From an uncultured Chloroflexia bacterium (lineage in GTDB: Bacteria > Chloroflexota > Limnocylindria > Limnocylindrales > CSP1-4): a DNA stretch of 64,000 nt. Below the pieces are notes generated by a model. That model made no database searches and was not told where the DNA came from. It saw nothing but the letters and a program-made list of their open reading frames with translations. The DNA lies in the NCBI GenBank assembly GCA_963712745.1, contig CAVQJC010000020.1, positions 480,001 through 544,000 of the forward strand, in the 5' to 3' direction. Positions 1-10,722 of the stretch are shown piece by piece (the stretch's first letter is position 1; the number at the start of each line of letters is the position of its first letter). The position numbers and the translations under genes are program-made.

Positions 1-222
1 TCGGTCTGGCCCATCTGTCGAGACGACCCCTTGTGCGGAGAGATTGGCCCGACTGTACACGCTCAGGCGCGGACGTGTCCAGCACGGCCGTTGGTACTGT
101 CGCAGGTCACGTGGATAGTCCGGGGTAGTGCGGTGCGGTCAGGTGCGGGCGCGCTCACGTACGCGGGAGCCCGCCACGCTGGGTCGCGCCCGGACATCGA
201 GGTCTGGCCCGAAACGGGCACA

Positions 223-1278
223 ATGGCGTCAACACCGCTGCAATCCCAGCACAGCCCAATCCACCAGGAGGATGACGACGTGGTCGGCATCGGCATCATC
301 GGCACCGGCAAGCAGGGCGCGGATCACGCTCGCCGCATCAGCTCGCTGGGTGAGAGGGCCCGGCTCGTAGCGGTCCACGACCTCGATCATGACCTCGCCG
401 TCCGCGTGGCCGGGGAATGCGGCTGCCGAGTCGCCTCCAGCGACCAGGCACTCATCGAAGATCCGGACGTCGAGGCCGTCGTGGTCGCCAGCGTTACCGA
501 GACGCACGTGCCACTGGTGCTGGCTTGCATCGCCGCCGGCAAACCGGTGCTCACCGAGAAGCCACTGGGTATCACCGTGCCCACCTGCGAGAGTGTGCTC
601 GACGCGGAGATCGCGGCCGGCCGCCGCTTGACCACGGTCGGCTTCATGCGTCGCTTCGATCCGGAGTACGGCCGCCTCAAGGCGACCGTGGAAGCCGGCT
701 CCATCGGCGAGCCCCTGGTGGTGCACTGCATCCACCGCAACCCGCAGGTGCCCGCTCGCCACGTCACCCGCCAGACGTTGACCGATACCGTGGTCCATGA
801 GATCGACATCGCCCGCTGGCTGCTGGGCGAGGAGATCGTGAGCGTGGCGCTGGAGAAGCCACGCCACCAGCCCAGCGTCAGCCATCAGCTTGCCGACCCC
901 CTGCTGGTACGCCTCGAAGCCCGCAACGGCGCGCGCGTGGACGTGGAGGTCTTTGCCAATGCCGGCTACGGGTACGACGTCCGCTGCGAGGTGCTCGGCG
1001 ACAAGGGCTACGTCGCCATGGGCAACGGCCCCTTCGACCTGGTCACGCCCGAGTCGGCACCGGAGCAGGGCTTCCCGGCCGACTGGCTGGCTCGCTTCCG
1101 ACCCGCCTACGACGCCGAGATCGGTCACTGGGTCGAGAGCATCCATGGGCCCGCCCCGTCACCTAGCGCCTGGGACGGTTATGCCGCCACGGTAGTGGCC
1201 GAGGCGCTCGTGCGCGCCCTGCAGACGGGCCACCGCGAAGCGGTCTCGGTGGGCCCTCGCCCCGACCTCTACCGCTAG
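223..1278 (+). CDS. Gfo/Idh/MocA-family oxidoreductase (inositol 2-dehydrogenase-like)
   Basis: GIIGTGKQG Rossmann motif, EKP motif, GFMRRFD and HEID motifs typical of IolG-like enzymes; start moved to the in-frame ATG at 223. Confidence 0.85.
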   Translation: MASTPLQSQHSPIHQEDDDVVGIGIIGTGKQGADHARRISSLGERARLVAVHDLDHDLAVRVAGECGCRVASSDQALIEDPDVEAVVVASVTETHVPLVLACIAAGKPVLTEKPLGITVPTCESVLDAEIAAGRRLTTVGFMRRFDPEYGRLKATVEAGSIGEPLVVHCIHRNPQVPARHVTRQTLTDTVVHEIDIARWLLGEEIVSVALEKPRHQPSVSHQLADPLLVRLEARNGARVDVEVFANAGYGYDVRCEVLGDKGYVAMGNGPFDLVTPESAPEQGFPADWLARFRPAYDAEIGHWVESIHGPAPSPSAWDGYAATVVAEALVRALQTGHREAVSVGPRPDLYR

Positions 1279-1350
1279 TCGTGAGGGACGCTCGGGAGCG
1301 CGCCATCACAGCCGGGATGCACCCGGTCGCGCCTCTGCTACGCTCGGGAC

Positions 1351-2799
1351 ATGTCTAGCACCGCAGGCGCGCCGCGCACACTCGTCCAGAAGATCTGGGA
1401 CGACCACGTCGTCCACCAGGAGCCGGGTGCTCCCACCGTCCTCGGCATCGACCTCCATCTCGTCCACGAGGTCACCAGCCCGCAGGCCTTCGAGGGTCTC
1501 CGGCGTCGCGACCTCAGGGTGCGCCATCCTGAACGCACCATCGCGACCGCGGACCATTCCACGCCCACTCATGACCGCTCGCTGCCCATCCTGGACCAGC
1601 AGGCCAGCTTCCAGCTGGCCAAGCTGCAGGCCAACTGCGATGAGTTCGGCGTCCCGCTCTATGCCCTGGGCTCCGACCGCCAGGGCATCGTCCACGTCAT
1701 CGGCCCTGAGCTCGGTCTGACCCAGCCGGGCATGACCATCGTGTGCGGTGACTCGCACACCGCCACTCATGGTGCGTTCGGTGCGCTGGCCTTCGGCATC
1801 GGTACTTCCGAGGTCGAGATGGTGCTGGCCACGCAGACCCTCTTGCAGCGCCCGCTCAAGACCTATGCGGTCAACGTCACGGGTGCCCTGGCCTCCGGGG
1901 TGACCTCGAAGGACATCATCCTCAACCTCATCTCGCGGATCGGCGTCGGTGGCGGAACCGGCCATGTCTTCGAGTACCGCGGCGAGGCCATCGAAGCGCT
2001 GACGATGGAGCAGCGCATGACCATCTGCAACATGTCCATCGAGGGTGGCGCCCGGGCCGGGCTCATCGCGCCCGACGACACGACCTTCGAGTACGTCGCC
2101 GGCCGGCCTCATGCCCCCGCGGGCGAGGCCTTCGACCGGGCCGTAGCCTACTGGCGCACGCTCCCGTCCGACCCCGGTGCGACGTATGACAAGTCGATCA
2201 CCATCGAGGCCGATGCACTCGAGCCGATGATCACCTACGGCACCAACCCCGGCATGGGCATCGGTATCAGCGACGCCGTCCCCCGACCCGATGACGCCGC
2301 CAGCGATGCGGAGCGGCGCAACCTCGAGAAGGCGCTCACCTACATGGACCTCGAGCCGGGTGTGTCGCTCAAGGGCCACAGGGTGGACACCGTCTTCATC
2401 GGCTCCTGCACCAACAGCCGCATCAGCGATCTGCGCCAAGCGGCCACGCTCATCAAGGGCCAACACTTCGCACCCGGGGTCCGCGTGATGGTGGTGCCCG
2501 GCTCACAGCAGGTGAAGGTCCAGGCCGAGCAGGAAGGCATCGCCGACATCTTCCGCGACGCCGGCGCCGACTGGCGGGAAGCGGGTTGCTCGATGTGCAT
2601 CGCCATGAACGGCGACCAGGGCGATCCCGGCGAGTACATCATCAGCACCAGCAACCGCAACTTCGAGGGCCGCCAGGGCAAGGGCGCCCGCACCTTCCTG
2701 GCTTCACCCCTGACCGCGGCCGCGACGGCCCTGACCGGCGTCATCACCGACCCGCGGCCCCTCGTCCAACGCACCTCCGCAGCGGTGGGAGAGAAGTAG
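1351..2799 (+). CDS. leuC: 3-isopropylmalate dehydratase large subunit
   Basis: [28 protein letters not shown] and [12 protein letters not shown] motifs. Confidence 0.97.
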   Translation: MSSTAGAPRTLVQKIWDDHVVHQEPGAPTVLGIDLHLVHEVTSPQAFEGLRRRDLRVRHPERTIATADHSTPTHDRSLPILDQQASFQLAKLQANCDEFGVPLYALGSDRQGIVHVIGPELGLTQPGMTIVCGDSHTATHGAFGALAFGIGTSEVEMVLATQTLLQRPLKTYAVNVTGALASGVTSKDIILNLISRIGVGGGTGHVFEYRGEAIEALTMEQRMTICNMSIEGGARAGLIAPDDTTFEYVAGRPHAPAGEAFDRAVAYWRTLPSDPGATYDKSITIEADALEPMITYGTNPGMGIGISDAVPRPDDAASDAERRNLEKALTYMDLEPGVSLKGHRVDTVFIGSCTNSRISDLRQAATLIKGQHFAPGVRVMVVPGSQQVKVQAEQEGIADIFRDAGADWREAGCSMCIAMNGDQGDPGEYIISTSNRNFEGRQGKGARTFLASPLTAAATALTGVITDPRPLVQRTSAAVGEK

Positions 2800-2801
2800 C
2801 C

Positions 2802-3425
2802 ATGTCCGAACCGTTCACCAGCTTCAGCAGTGCCCTCATCCCGCTGCCCGCCGAGAACGTCGACACCGACCAGATCATCCCCGCGCGCTTCCTCAAGACG
2901 ACTGAGAAGTCCGGTCTTGCCGACGCGCTCTTCTACGACTGGCGCTATGACGAGAACGGCGATCCCCGGCCGGACTTCATCATCAACAAGCCGGAGATGC
3001 AGGGCCGCCAGGTGTTACTGGCCGGCGACAACTTCGGGGCCGGCTCCTCGCGCGAGCACGCGCCCTGGGCGTTGACCTCGTGGGGTATCCGGGCCATCCT
3101 CTCGACCAGCTTCGCGGACATCTTCCGCAACAACTCGCTCAAGAACGGCCTGCTCCCGATCATCGTCGACGAGGACACCCATCGCGCGCTCTTCGAGAGC
3201 TACGCCGACCGGCCAGACGACATCGTCACCGTCGATCTCGAAGCCCAGATGGTCCACCTCCCCGGCGACCAGGACATCGCCTTCGAGGTCGATCCGTTCG
3301 CCCGGCAGATGCTGCTCGAGGGCAAGGACGAGATCGGCTGGCTGCTGGACCGAGCCCACGCCATCGATACCTGGGAGGCGGCCAATCCCGCCCGCATCGA
3401 TACCCGACGGACCGACGCCGCCTGA
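2802..3425 (+). CDS. leuD: 3-isopropylmalate dehydratase small subunit
   Basis: [13 protein letters not shown] and [15 protein letters not shown]; ATG at 2802 immediately after the leuC stop. Confidence 0.97.
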   Translation: MSEPFTSFSSALIPLPAENVDTDQIIPARFLKTTEKSGLADALFYDWRYDENGDPRPDFIINKPEMQGRQVLLAGDNFGAGSSREHAPWALTSWGIRAILSTSFADIFRNNSLKNGLLPIIVDEDTHRALFESYADRPDDIVTVDLEAQMVHLPGDQDIAFEVDPFARQMLLEGKDEIGWLLDRAHAIDTWEAANPARIDTRRTDAA

Positions 3426-3450
3426 GGCGGCACCACGCGGAGAGCCCGAC

Positions 3451-5166
3451 ATGCCCCTGCCCTACGACCAGGCGAGCAACCCTGCCAAGCGCCATTCCGC
3501 CAAGCTCACCGACGGGCCCGACCGTGCCGGTGCCCGCGCCATGCTCAAGGCGGTGGGCTTCACCGATGAGGACCTGGCCAAGCCCATCATCGGCGTGGCC
3601 ACGACCTGGATCGAGACCATGCCCTGCAACCTCAACCAGCGTCGCCTGGCGGAGTCCGTGAAGGAGGGCATCAGGGCCGCCGGCGGCACGCCCATGGAGT
3701 TCAACACCATCGCGGTCTCGGATGGCGTGGCCATGGGCACCGAGGGCATGAAGGCCTCGCTCGTCAGCCGGGAGGTCGTGGCCGACTCCATCGAGCTGGT
3801 CGCGCGTGGCCATCTCTTCGACGGCCTGGTCGCCCTCTCCGGCTGCGACAAGACCAATCCCGGCGCGGCCATGGCCGTCGCTCGCCTCGACATCCCCAGC
3901 GTGATCCTCTACAACGGCACTATCTACCCGGGCATCTACAAGGGCCAGCCCCAGGACGTCGTCAGCGTGTACGAGGCCATCGGCGCCTACAACGCCGGCA
4001 AGCTGACGGCGGAAGAGCTGTATGCCATCGAGGAGGTGGCCTGCCCGGGTGCCGGTGCCTGTGGCGGCCAGTTCACGGCCAACACCATGAGCATGTGCCT
4101 GGAGTTCATGGGCCTCTCGCCGGCCGGGCTCAACGGCATCCCGGCTGAAGACCCCAAGAAGGACGACGCGGCACGAGCCTGCGGCGAGCTGGCCATGGAC
4201 CTGGTGCGCCGCGACGTGCGGCCGAGCTCCTACGTGACGCGCGACTCCATCGACAACGCGGTCGCCGGCGTGGCCGCCACCGGCGGCTCCACCAACGCGG
4301 TCCTGCACATGCTGGCCATCGCGCGTGAGTTCGACATCGAGTTCAGCGTCGATGACTTCCACGTGATCGCCGAGCGGACACCGATGATCGGCGACCTGCG
4401 TCCCGGTGGCCGCTACTCGGCCGCCGACATCTACGACGCCGGAGGGGTCGGCATCGTCATCCGCGAGTTGCTCAAGCGGGATCTCATGCACGGCGACTCG
4501 GCCACGGTCGATGGCCAGACGCTGGCCCAGATCGCAGCGGGCGTGAAGGAAACGCCAGGGCAGGATGTCTTTCGCCCGATCGAGGACCCCATCAAGGCCA
4601 CCGGCGGCCTGGCCATCCTGCACGGCACGCTGGCACCCGAGGGCTGCGTCATCAAGCTGGCCGGTCACGAGACGCGCAGGTTCAGCGGCCCGGCACGCGT
4701 GTATGACTCGGAGAACGCCTGCTTCGCCGCGGTCAAGGCCGGCGACATCAAGCCCGGCGATGTGGTCGTGCTGCGCTACGAGGGCCCAGTCGGCGGCCCT
4801 GGCATGCAGGAGATGCTTGGCGTCACCGCGGCGCTCGTGGGCGAAGGCCTGGGCGCCGACGTGGCGCTGCTTACCGACGGCCGCTTCAGCGGCGGCACGC
4901 GCGGCCTGATGATCGGCCACGTGGCGCCCGAGGCCGCCTTGGGCGGGCCGATCGCGCTGGTCGAGGAGGGCGACACCGTCACCATCGACGTCGACCGTCG
5001 AGCGCTCGACCTCGAGGTCGATGAGGCCGTGCTGGCCCAGCGACGCGCGCGCTGGACAGCGCCGGAGCCGCGCTACCGGACCGGCGTGCTGGCCAAGTAC
5101 GCAGCGCTCGTAAGCTCGGCCAGCGAGGGCGCCATCACGCGGCCGACCCCTCGCGGCGAGGTCTGA
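3451..5166 (+). CDS. ilvD: Dihydroxy-acid dehydratase
   Basis: [25 protein letters not shown] and TDGRFSG motifs. Confidence 0.96.
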   Translation: MPLPYDQASNPAKRHSAKLTDGPDRAGARAMLKAVGFTDEDLAKPIIGVATTWIETMPCNLNQRRLAESVKEGIRAAGGTPMEFNTIAVSDGVAMGTEGMKASLVSREVVADSIELVARGHLFDGLVALSGCDKTNPGAAMAVARLDIPSVILYNGTIYPGIYKGQPQDVVSVYEAIGAYNAGKLTAEELYAIEEVACPGAGACGGQFTANTMSMCLEFMGLSPAGLNGIPAEDPKKDDAARACGELAMDLVRRDVRPSSYVTRDSIDNAVAGVAATGGSTNAVLHMLAIAREFDIEFSVDDFHVIAERTPMIGDLRPGGRYSAADIYDAGGVGIVIRELLKRDLMHGDSATVDGQTLAQIAAGVKETPGQDVFRPIEDPIKATGGLAILHGTLAPEGCVIKLAGHETRRFSGPARVYDSENACFAAVKAGDIKPGDVVVLRYEGPVGGPGMQEMLGVTAALVGEGLGADVALLTDGRFSGGTRGLMIGHVAPEAALGGPIALVEEGDTVTIDVDRRALDLEVDEAVLAQRRARWTAPEPRYRTGVLAKYAALVSSASEGAITRPTPRGEV

Positions 5167-5230
5167 CCCGCCCTCCGACCAGACCCTCTGGGAGATCCAC
5201 GCCCGCGCCCGGGGGCGCCTGCGAGCAGGC

Positions 5231-6430
5231 CTAGGGCTGCTCGTATCGAGCGCGCAGCGTGTCGTTGGACCCCTTGGGCGCGTTGTTGTGCCAGGCCTCC
5301 ATCAGCTGCGACGACTTGTTGGCGCCTCGGAGGAGGGCACCGACGCGGGTGCCCTTGTGCCCGTAGGCCCGGCTGCCCCAGGTGGCGCCGCTATCGGTCG
5401 ACTGGACGCGCCGCGGCAGCAGCCGGCTGTCGTCCTTGGACCAGGCCCCGGCCTCGAGGACGATGCGCTTGCCCACCACGTCGAGGGAGTACGGCCGCGA
5501 GGGGTGTTTGGCATTGCCCGTGTTGATGAGGCTCTTGGCGTTGGAGAAGGTCGCCCCGAGGTCGTCGCTGATCTCGACCTTGACCTTGCCGGCGTCCGAG
5601 TAGGCCACCACCAGCCGTTGCCCGAGGGCGGCCATGACCGGGTCGCTGATACCGCTGAAAGCGATGGACTGGGTGGCTTGTCCGGTGACGTTGGGCGGGA
5701 TGCCTTTCCCGATGCCGAAGCGCTTGAGGCGGAGGTGCCCGCCCTGCACGTAGGCCACCGCGACCGAGTCGGAAGTGCCGGCCACGGCCAGCCCGCTGCC
5801 GAGCTCGGCCGGACCCAGGTTGAAGGTCCGCTTGAACTTGGGCGCCGTGCCCAACTTCTCGAGACTGCGCAACATCAGGCGCGCCCGCTCCTTGGAACCC
5901 TTCTTCTCGAGCCAGGCGATGGCGAGGAGGTCGTTGCCGGCGCACGCAACGGAGACGTCGCGGACCTGGCGGTCCTTGGAGGTGCTCGTCATCAGCGCCT
6001 GGGCCGCTTCGCCACCGAGTCGACGACTGGTAAGGAAGACATCGGAATCGCCGCGGCGGTCAGAGCTGCTCCGATAGGCGCTGCCGACCCATACGCGACC
6101 AGCGCAGATGTCAAGCGACATGCCCAGCGAGGGCACGCCCACCACGGGGAACCTGCGCATCTTGCCGCTGTTCTTGCTGTAGGTGGCGCCGCCATCCCGG
6201 CTGAAGGTCAGCCACAGCTGACCGGGCTTGGTGCCCTCGTGCCAGCCCACGGCCACGACCTTCTCGCTGCCGAGCTTGTCGGTGGCGACGTCCTTGACGC
6301 GCAACAGGCTCGAGGAGCGCAGCGGGCTGGGTTTGGCCTCCTTGGTGGCGCCCACCATCGGCGCGGCCGCGATCAGCATCAGCGTCAAGGCGGATGCGAC
6401 GGCCAGCAGGAGTCTTCGCTTGACGACCAT
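5231..6430 (-). CDS. Secreted Lys/Arg-rich protein with Asp-box (BNR) repeats, probable beta-propeller
   Basis: N-terminal signal peptide; SRDGGATY, SDDLGATF and STDSGATW Asp-box motifs; AGGAG RBS upstream. Confidence 0.7.
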   Translation of the reverse strand: MVVKRRLLLAVASALTLMLIAAAPMVGATKEAKPSPLRSSSLLRVKDVATDKLGSEKVVAVGWHEGTKPGQLWLTFSRDGGATYSKNSGKMRRFPVVGVPSLGMSLDICAGRVWVGSAYRSSSDRRGDSDVFLTSRRLGGEAAQALMTSTSKDRQVRDVSVACAGNDLLAIAWLEKKGSKERARLMLRSLEKLGTAPKFKRTFNLGPAELGSGLAVAGTSDSVAVAYVQGGHLRLKRFGIGKGIPPNVTGQATQSIAFSGISDPVMAALGQRLVVAYSDAGKVKVEISDDLGATFSNAKSLINTGNAKHPSRPYSLDVVGKRIVLEAGAWSKDDSRLLPRRVQSTDSGATWGSRAYGHKGTRVGALLRGANKSSQLMEAWHNNAPKGSNDTLRARYEQP

Positions 6431-6582
6431 GGCGTTTTCCTCCTACGCGGTCTCTCTATTCGCTTCCATCCCTCTCGGGCGCAGCCTACATCGCCTGTGC
6501 ACACTCCGCTGACGAGCGGATGCGCGCGGATGGTGAACGGCCCGTGAAGGGGCCGGACGACCTGGTTCCCCGCGCGCCGCGC

Positions 6583-7107
6583 CTAACGCCGGCGACTCGC
6601 CCGCCGCAGTCCGCCGCGCTCGGTGACGGCGTGGCTCGCGAGGGCCGCCACGCCCATGGCCACCAACGCCCGCTCTGCCATGGGCATGGGCCGCACGACC
6701 GCGAGGAACTGGTCCGCTCGCTCACGGTCCACGCCCCCCAGCAGGAGCTGCCCTGCGGGTGTGAGCGTGAGGACCCGCTGGCGGCGGTCAGCGACCTCCT
6801 CAGCGCGGTCGACATACCCGCGTTCTGCGAGCTGGCTCACCAGGCGGCTCGTGGCCGAGGGGGACCGGTCGAGCTGCTCAGCCAGATCGCCGATGGTCAA
6901 GGTCACCGGCCCACCGATGGCGTAGAGCGCGGCCAGGGCCGTGAAACCGATGTCAAGGGAGCCCAGCTGGTGGGCGAAGCCGATCACGAGCTCGCGCCAT
7001 AGAGCACGCCCCACCGCGATGCGATCCGATAGGATGCGCGGATTCTGAAGCTCGTCGCGAGCGGCCTGGACGACGGGTGAGAGCAGTGGATCATCCATCC
7101 TGTGCAT
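6583..7107 (-). CDS. MarR-family transcriptional regulator
   Basis: wHTH segment LTIGDLAEQLDRSPSATSRLVSQLAERGYV and DRRQRVLTLT wing motif; start set at ATG 7107. Confidence 0.88.
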   Translation of the reverse strand: MHRMDDPLLSPVVQAARDELQNPRILSDRIAVGRALWRELVIGFAHQLGSLDIGFTALAALYAIGGPVTLTIGDLAEQLDRSPSATSRLVSQLAERGYVDRAEEVADRRQRVLTLTPAGQLLLGGVDRERADQFLAVVRPMPMAERALVAMGVAALASHAVTERGGLRRASRRR

Positions 7108-7234
7108 GATTGCATATATTTCCGATGGTGGGTCCTCATCTCCTGCTACGGTTCGGACGGCGCCGGAGGTGTGCGCCCCGCCGTGCACGGAGACATCGCG
7201 GCGTACCTTGAGCGACAGAGGGGAGCATCGATCG

Positions 7235-8173
7235 GTGCCTGCCTACATCTACCCCGGACAGGGCTCACAGTCGGTCGGCATGGGCAGGGCGCTGGCCGCG
7301 GTGTCCCCAGAGGCTGCGGCCGTGTGGCAGGCGGCCGACGACGCCCTGGGAGAGCCCATCTCCAGGCTGGCCTGGGAGGGCCCGGCCGAGCAGCTCGACC
7401 TGACCGTCAATGCGCAGCCGGCGCTGCTGGCCGCATCGATCGCCGCCCAACGGGCGCTCGAAGCCAGCCTGATGGGTGGTCGCTCACCGTTGGGGCCGCC
7501 TGACTACTTGGCCGGGCATTCCATGGGTCAGTACAGCGCGATGGTGGCGGCCGGCGTGCTCGAACTCTCCGATGCCGTGCGCCTCGTCCGCGAGCGCGGC
7601 CGCCTGATGCAGGCGTCCTCCGGGGATGGCGCCATGGCGGCCATCATCGGCCTGCCCGACGAGCGCATCGATGAGCTCATAGCCGTGGGCGCACCACTGG
7701 GCATCATCACCGTGGCCAACAGGAATTCGCCGGGACAGATCGTCATCAGCGGCCAGCGCGTGGCGGTCGAGGCGGCGGCGGCGGGCGCCAAGGGCCTGGG
7801 CGCCCGGCGCGGCATGGTCCTGCCGGTGAGCGTGGCCGCCCACTCCTCGCTCATGGCCGAGGCCGCCGAGGGCATGCGCCGGGCCCTCGCCGACATCACG
7901 TTCCACGCGCCCGCGGCGCCGCTCCTGGCCAACGCCGACGCCGTCGAACTCGACGACGGCGAGGCCTGCCGCGACGAGCTCATCGACCACCTCACCCGCG
8001 GCGTGGACTGGGTCACCGCCGTGGAGACCATGGCCAGCGCCGGCACCGACACCTTCGTGGAAGTCGGACCTGGCAAGGTCCTGACCGGGCTGGTCCGCCG
8101 TATCGCGCCCGAGGCGACGACCGTCGCCATCGACGACATCACCACCGAGAGCGGCCTCGAGTTGCCCGCCTAA
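7235..8173 (+). CDS. fabD: Malonyl-CoA:ACP transacylase
   Basis: PGQGSQ, GHSMG catalytic Ser, EVGPGKVL; GTG at 7235 after a GAGGGGAG RBS. Confidence 0.93.
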   Translation: MPAYIYPGQGSQSVGMGRALAAVSPEAAAVWQAADDALGEPISRLAWEGPAEQLDLTVNAQPALLAASIAAQRALEASLMGGRSPLGPPDYLAGHSMGQYSAMVAAGVLELSDAVRLVRERGRLMQASSGDGAMAAIIGLPDERIDELIAVGAPLGIITVANRNSPGQIVISGQRVAVEAAAAGAKGLGARRGMVLPVSVAAHSSLMAEAAEGMRRALADITFHAPAAPLLANADAVELDDGEACRDELIDHLTRGVDWVTAVETMASAGTDTFVEVGPGKVLTGLVRRIAPEATTVAIDDITTESGLELPA

Positions 8174-8200
8174 CGCCCCACAGGAGTAGACCAAGCACCC

Positions 8201-9466
8201 ATGCGCCGTCCCGACTTCACCCGCCGCGTGGCCATCACTGGCCTCGGCATCATCAGCCCAGTGGGCACTGACATCACCTCTGCCTGGGACAACCTCGTGG
8301 CCGGTAACAGCGGCCTCCAGCGCATCACCCGCTGGGACCCCGAGATCACGCCCTGCCATGCCGCGGGCGAAGTCAACGACTTCGATCCCAAGGAGTGGAT
8401 GAACTTCAAAGCCGTTCGCCGCACGGACAAGAACGTCGTCTTCGGGGTCGCCGCGGCCAAGCAGGCCATGATCGACTCGGGTTTCGAGATCACCGACGAG
8501 AACGCCGACGAGTTCGGCGTCTACTTCGGCTCCGGGGTCGGGGGCCCCGGCCTCATGGCCGACGCCATGGAGACGCTCGAAACCAAGGGCGGCAAGAGCG
8601 TCAGCCCCTTCTTCATCGCCAACATGCTGCCGGATACGGCCTCGGGTCAGATCGCCATCGAGCTCGGAGCCAAGGGCCCGAACATGGCCATCGTCACGGC
8701 CTGCTCGACGGGCACACACAACATCGGCGAAGCGGCCGAGGGCATCCGCCGCGGCGACTTCATGGCGGCTGTCTGCGGATCTACCGAGACGCCCCTCTAC
8801 GAGGTCGGCTACGTCGGCTTCAGCAACATGCGCGGCATGGGCACGCCCCGTGAAGGCCGACCGCTGTCGGACATCTCGCGACCGTTCGACCGCACCCGTG
8901 ACGGCTTCGTGCTGGGCGAAGGCGCCGGCGCCCTGCTCGTGGAAGACCTGGAGCTGGCCAAGGCAAGGGGTGCACGCGTCTACGCCGAGGTCGTGGGCTA
9001 TGGCAACGCCGCCGATGCCTGGGACCTCATCCAGCCGGTGGAGAAGGGCGACGGCGTGCGCCGCGCCATGGAGTGGGCACTCGAGCGGCACGGCGTACCA
9101 CGCGACGAGATCGACATGATCAACCCGCATGGCACCTCCACGCCCCTGGGCGACTTGCGCGAGGCGGAGGCCATCAAGGCCGTCTTCCCCGACACCTACA
9201 AACGCGTGGGCATCAGCGGCACCAAGTCGATGACCGGCCACCTCATGGGCGCGGCCGGTGCCATCGAGGGCGTGTTCACCGCCCTCTCGGTGCACCACCA
9301 GGTCATCCCCGCCACCCAGAACTACCTCGAGCCGGACCCCGAGATCGACCTCGACATCGTGGCTGGCGATTCTCGCGAACAGGAGATCCGCTACGCCATG
9401 AGCGACAACATCGGCCTTGGCGGTCACAACGGCGCCATCATCTTCAAGCGCTACCTCGGCGACTGA
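8201..9466 (+). CDS. fabF: Beta-ketoacyl-ACP synthase II (copy 1)
   Basis: TACSTG catalytic Cys, HGTST and KSMTGH His pair. Confidence 0.92.
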   Translation: MRRPDFTRRVAITGLGIISPVGTDITSAWDNLVAGNSGLQRITRWDPEITPCHAAGEVNDFDPKEWMNFKAVRRTDKNVVFGVAAAKQAMIDSGFEITDENADEFGVYFGSGVGGPGLMADAMETLETKGGKSVSPFFIANMLPDTASGQIAIELGAKGPNMAIVTACSTGTHNIGEAAEGIRRGDFMAAVCGSTETPLYEVGYVGFSNMRGMGTPREGRPLSDISRPFDRTRDGFVLGEGAGALLVEDLELAKARGARVYAEVVGYGNAADAWDLIQPVEKGDGVRRAMEWALERHGVPRDEIDMINPHGTSTPLGDLREAEAIKAVFPDTYKRVGISGTKSMTGHLMGAAGAIEGVFTALSVHHQVIPATQNYLEPDPEIDLDIVAGDSREQEIRYAMSDNIGLGGHNGAIIFKRYLGD

Positions 9467-9592
9467 ACCTCTGGCTCGGGCGCGCCCCAGCGCCACGCGC
9501 CGGCACCGGGCTCCCGGGCGCTCGACAGGCGGCGCAGAATACGGAGGTCTCGAGACGATCGGGGCCTGGGCGAGACACGCGCGGAGGGCCTG

Positions 9593-10633
9593 ATGCGCAA
9601 AGCCGGACTGAGATTGCCCATCCTGGCGGTCGCGCTGGCGATGCTGGTCGTGGCGGCGGGTGGCGTCGCGCCGGCCGCCTCAGCGTCGGCCGCGGACTAT
9701 CGTGTCCGTCACTATGACCTGGCCAAGGTCTCCCGTGGTCAGTTGCCCTGGACCGCCGAGCCACGCCTCAAGCTGCCCGCACACAAGCCGCGTGACGCAC
9801 AGGGCGTGCCCATGTACCTCGTCGACGGTCGCCGCTACTACCGTCCCGGCGCCCTGGCCATCAGCGGCATGAAGCGGATCGACACCTGGATCGAGACCGG
9901 CAACAAGCGGCAGCTCAAGCAGGCGCTGCTGCAGGCCAGCAAGCTGCGGAGCCTGGCCGTCGACCAGCGCGACGCCTGGTGGCTGCCCTTCCGCTACGAC
10001 TACCCGCCCGCGGGCATGCGCGCCCCCTGGGTCAACGCCATGACCCAGGGACTGGCCATCTCATTCTTCGTGCGCCTCTACCGCGTCACCGACGATGTCA
10101 TCCACCTCAAGGCAGCCAGGCGCGTCTTTCGCAGCTTCCTGCGCCCCCAGCGCCAGGGCAGGCTGTGGGTCAGCCATGTCGACGCGCGGGGCTACCTGTG
10201 GCTCGAGCACTACCCGGGCCCAGGGCCGGACATGGTGCTCAATGCGCACATGCACGCCCTGTTCGGCATCTACGAGTACTGGCAGGTGACCGAGGACCCC
10301 AAGGCGCGACGGGTCCTCGAGGGTGCGATCACCACCATGCGCGACAACGCTACCCGCTTCCGCAGGCCCGGTGGCTACAGTCTCTACGACCTGGTCGCCC
10401 GTACCCGGCACGCGAAGTACCACAAGATCCACATCTGGCAGCTGCGCCTGCTCGCCAGCATCTCGAGCGATCCCTGGTTCTGGCGGCTGGCCGACAAGTT
10501 CGCACGCGACGCGCGGCCCACCGGCTATGTGCCGGGGCGACCAGCCAAACGCGGCACTGCGCCCACGGCACTCCCCGCGGACAACCTGTCCAAGGCGGTC
10601 GAACTGGTCGCGGGCCTAAGGCCGGTCGACTAG
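9593..10633 (+). CDS. Secreted D-glucuronyl C5-epimerase C-terminal domain family protein
   Basis: Signal peptide; W-x-NAMTQG, WLEHYP, VLNAHMHALFGIYEY, SLYDL and YHKIHIWQL motifs of the C5-epim_C family. Confidence 0.8.
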   Translation: MRKAGLRLPILAVALAMLVVAAGGVAPAASASAADYRVRHYDLAKVSRGQLPWTAEPRLKLPAHKPRDAQGVPMYLVDGRRYYRPGALAISGMKRIDTWIETGNKRQLKQALLQASKLRSLAVDQRDAWWLPFRYDYPPAGMRAPWVNAMTQGLAISFFVRLYRVTDDVIHLKAARRVFRSFLRPQRQGRLWVSHVDARGYLWLEHYPGPGPDMVLNAHMHALFGIYEYWQVTEDPKARRVLEGAITTMRDNATRFRRPGGYSLYDLVARTRHAKYHKIHIWQLRLLASISSDPWFWRLADKFARDARPTGYVPGRPAKRGTAPTALPADNLSKAVELVAGLRPVD

Positions 10634-10722
10634 GAACGCCGACCGGGGCATAGCTCGCGGCCGCGATCGTCAGCGCGGTCGGCTACGATCCACGCACATA
10701 CCTCAGAGGAGTCCGCGATACC

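Noticed and set aside
7484-9496. 670-aa antisense ORF (and similar ones at 3226-4920, 15665-17374, 20543-22459, 31575-33302, 50470-51906)
   Set aside because: Stop-poor antisense frames expected from high GC3 codon usage opposite well-supported genes.
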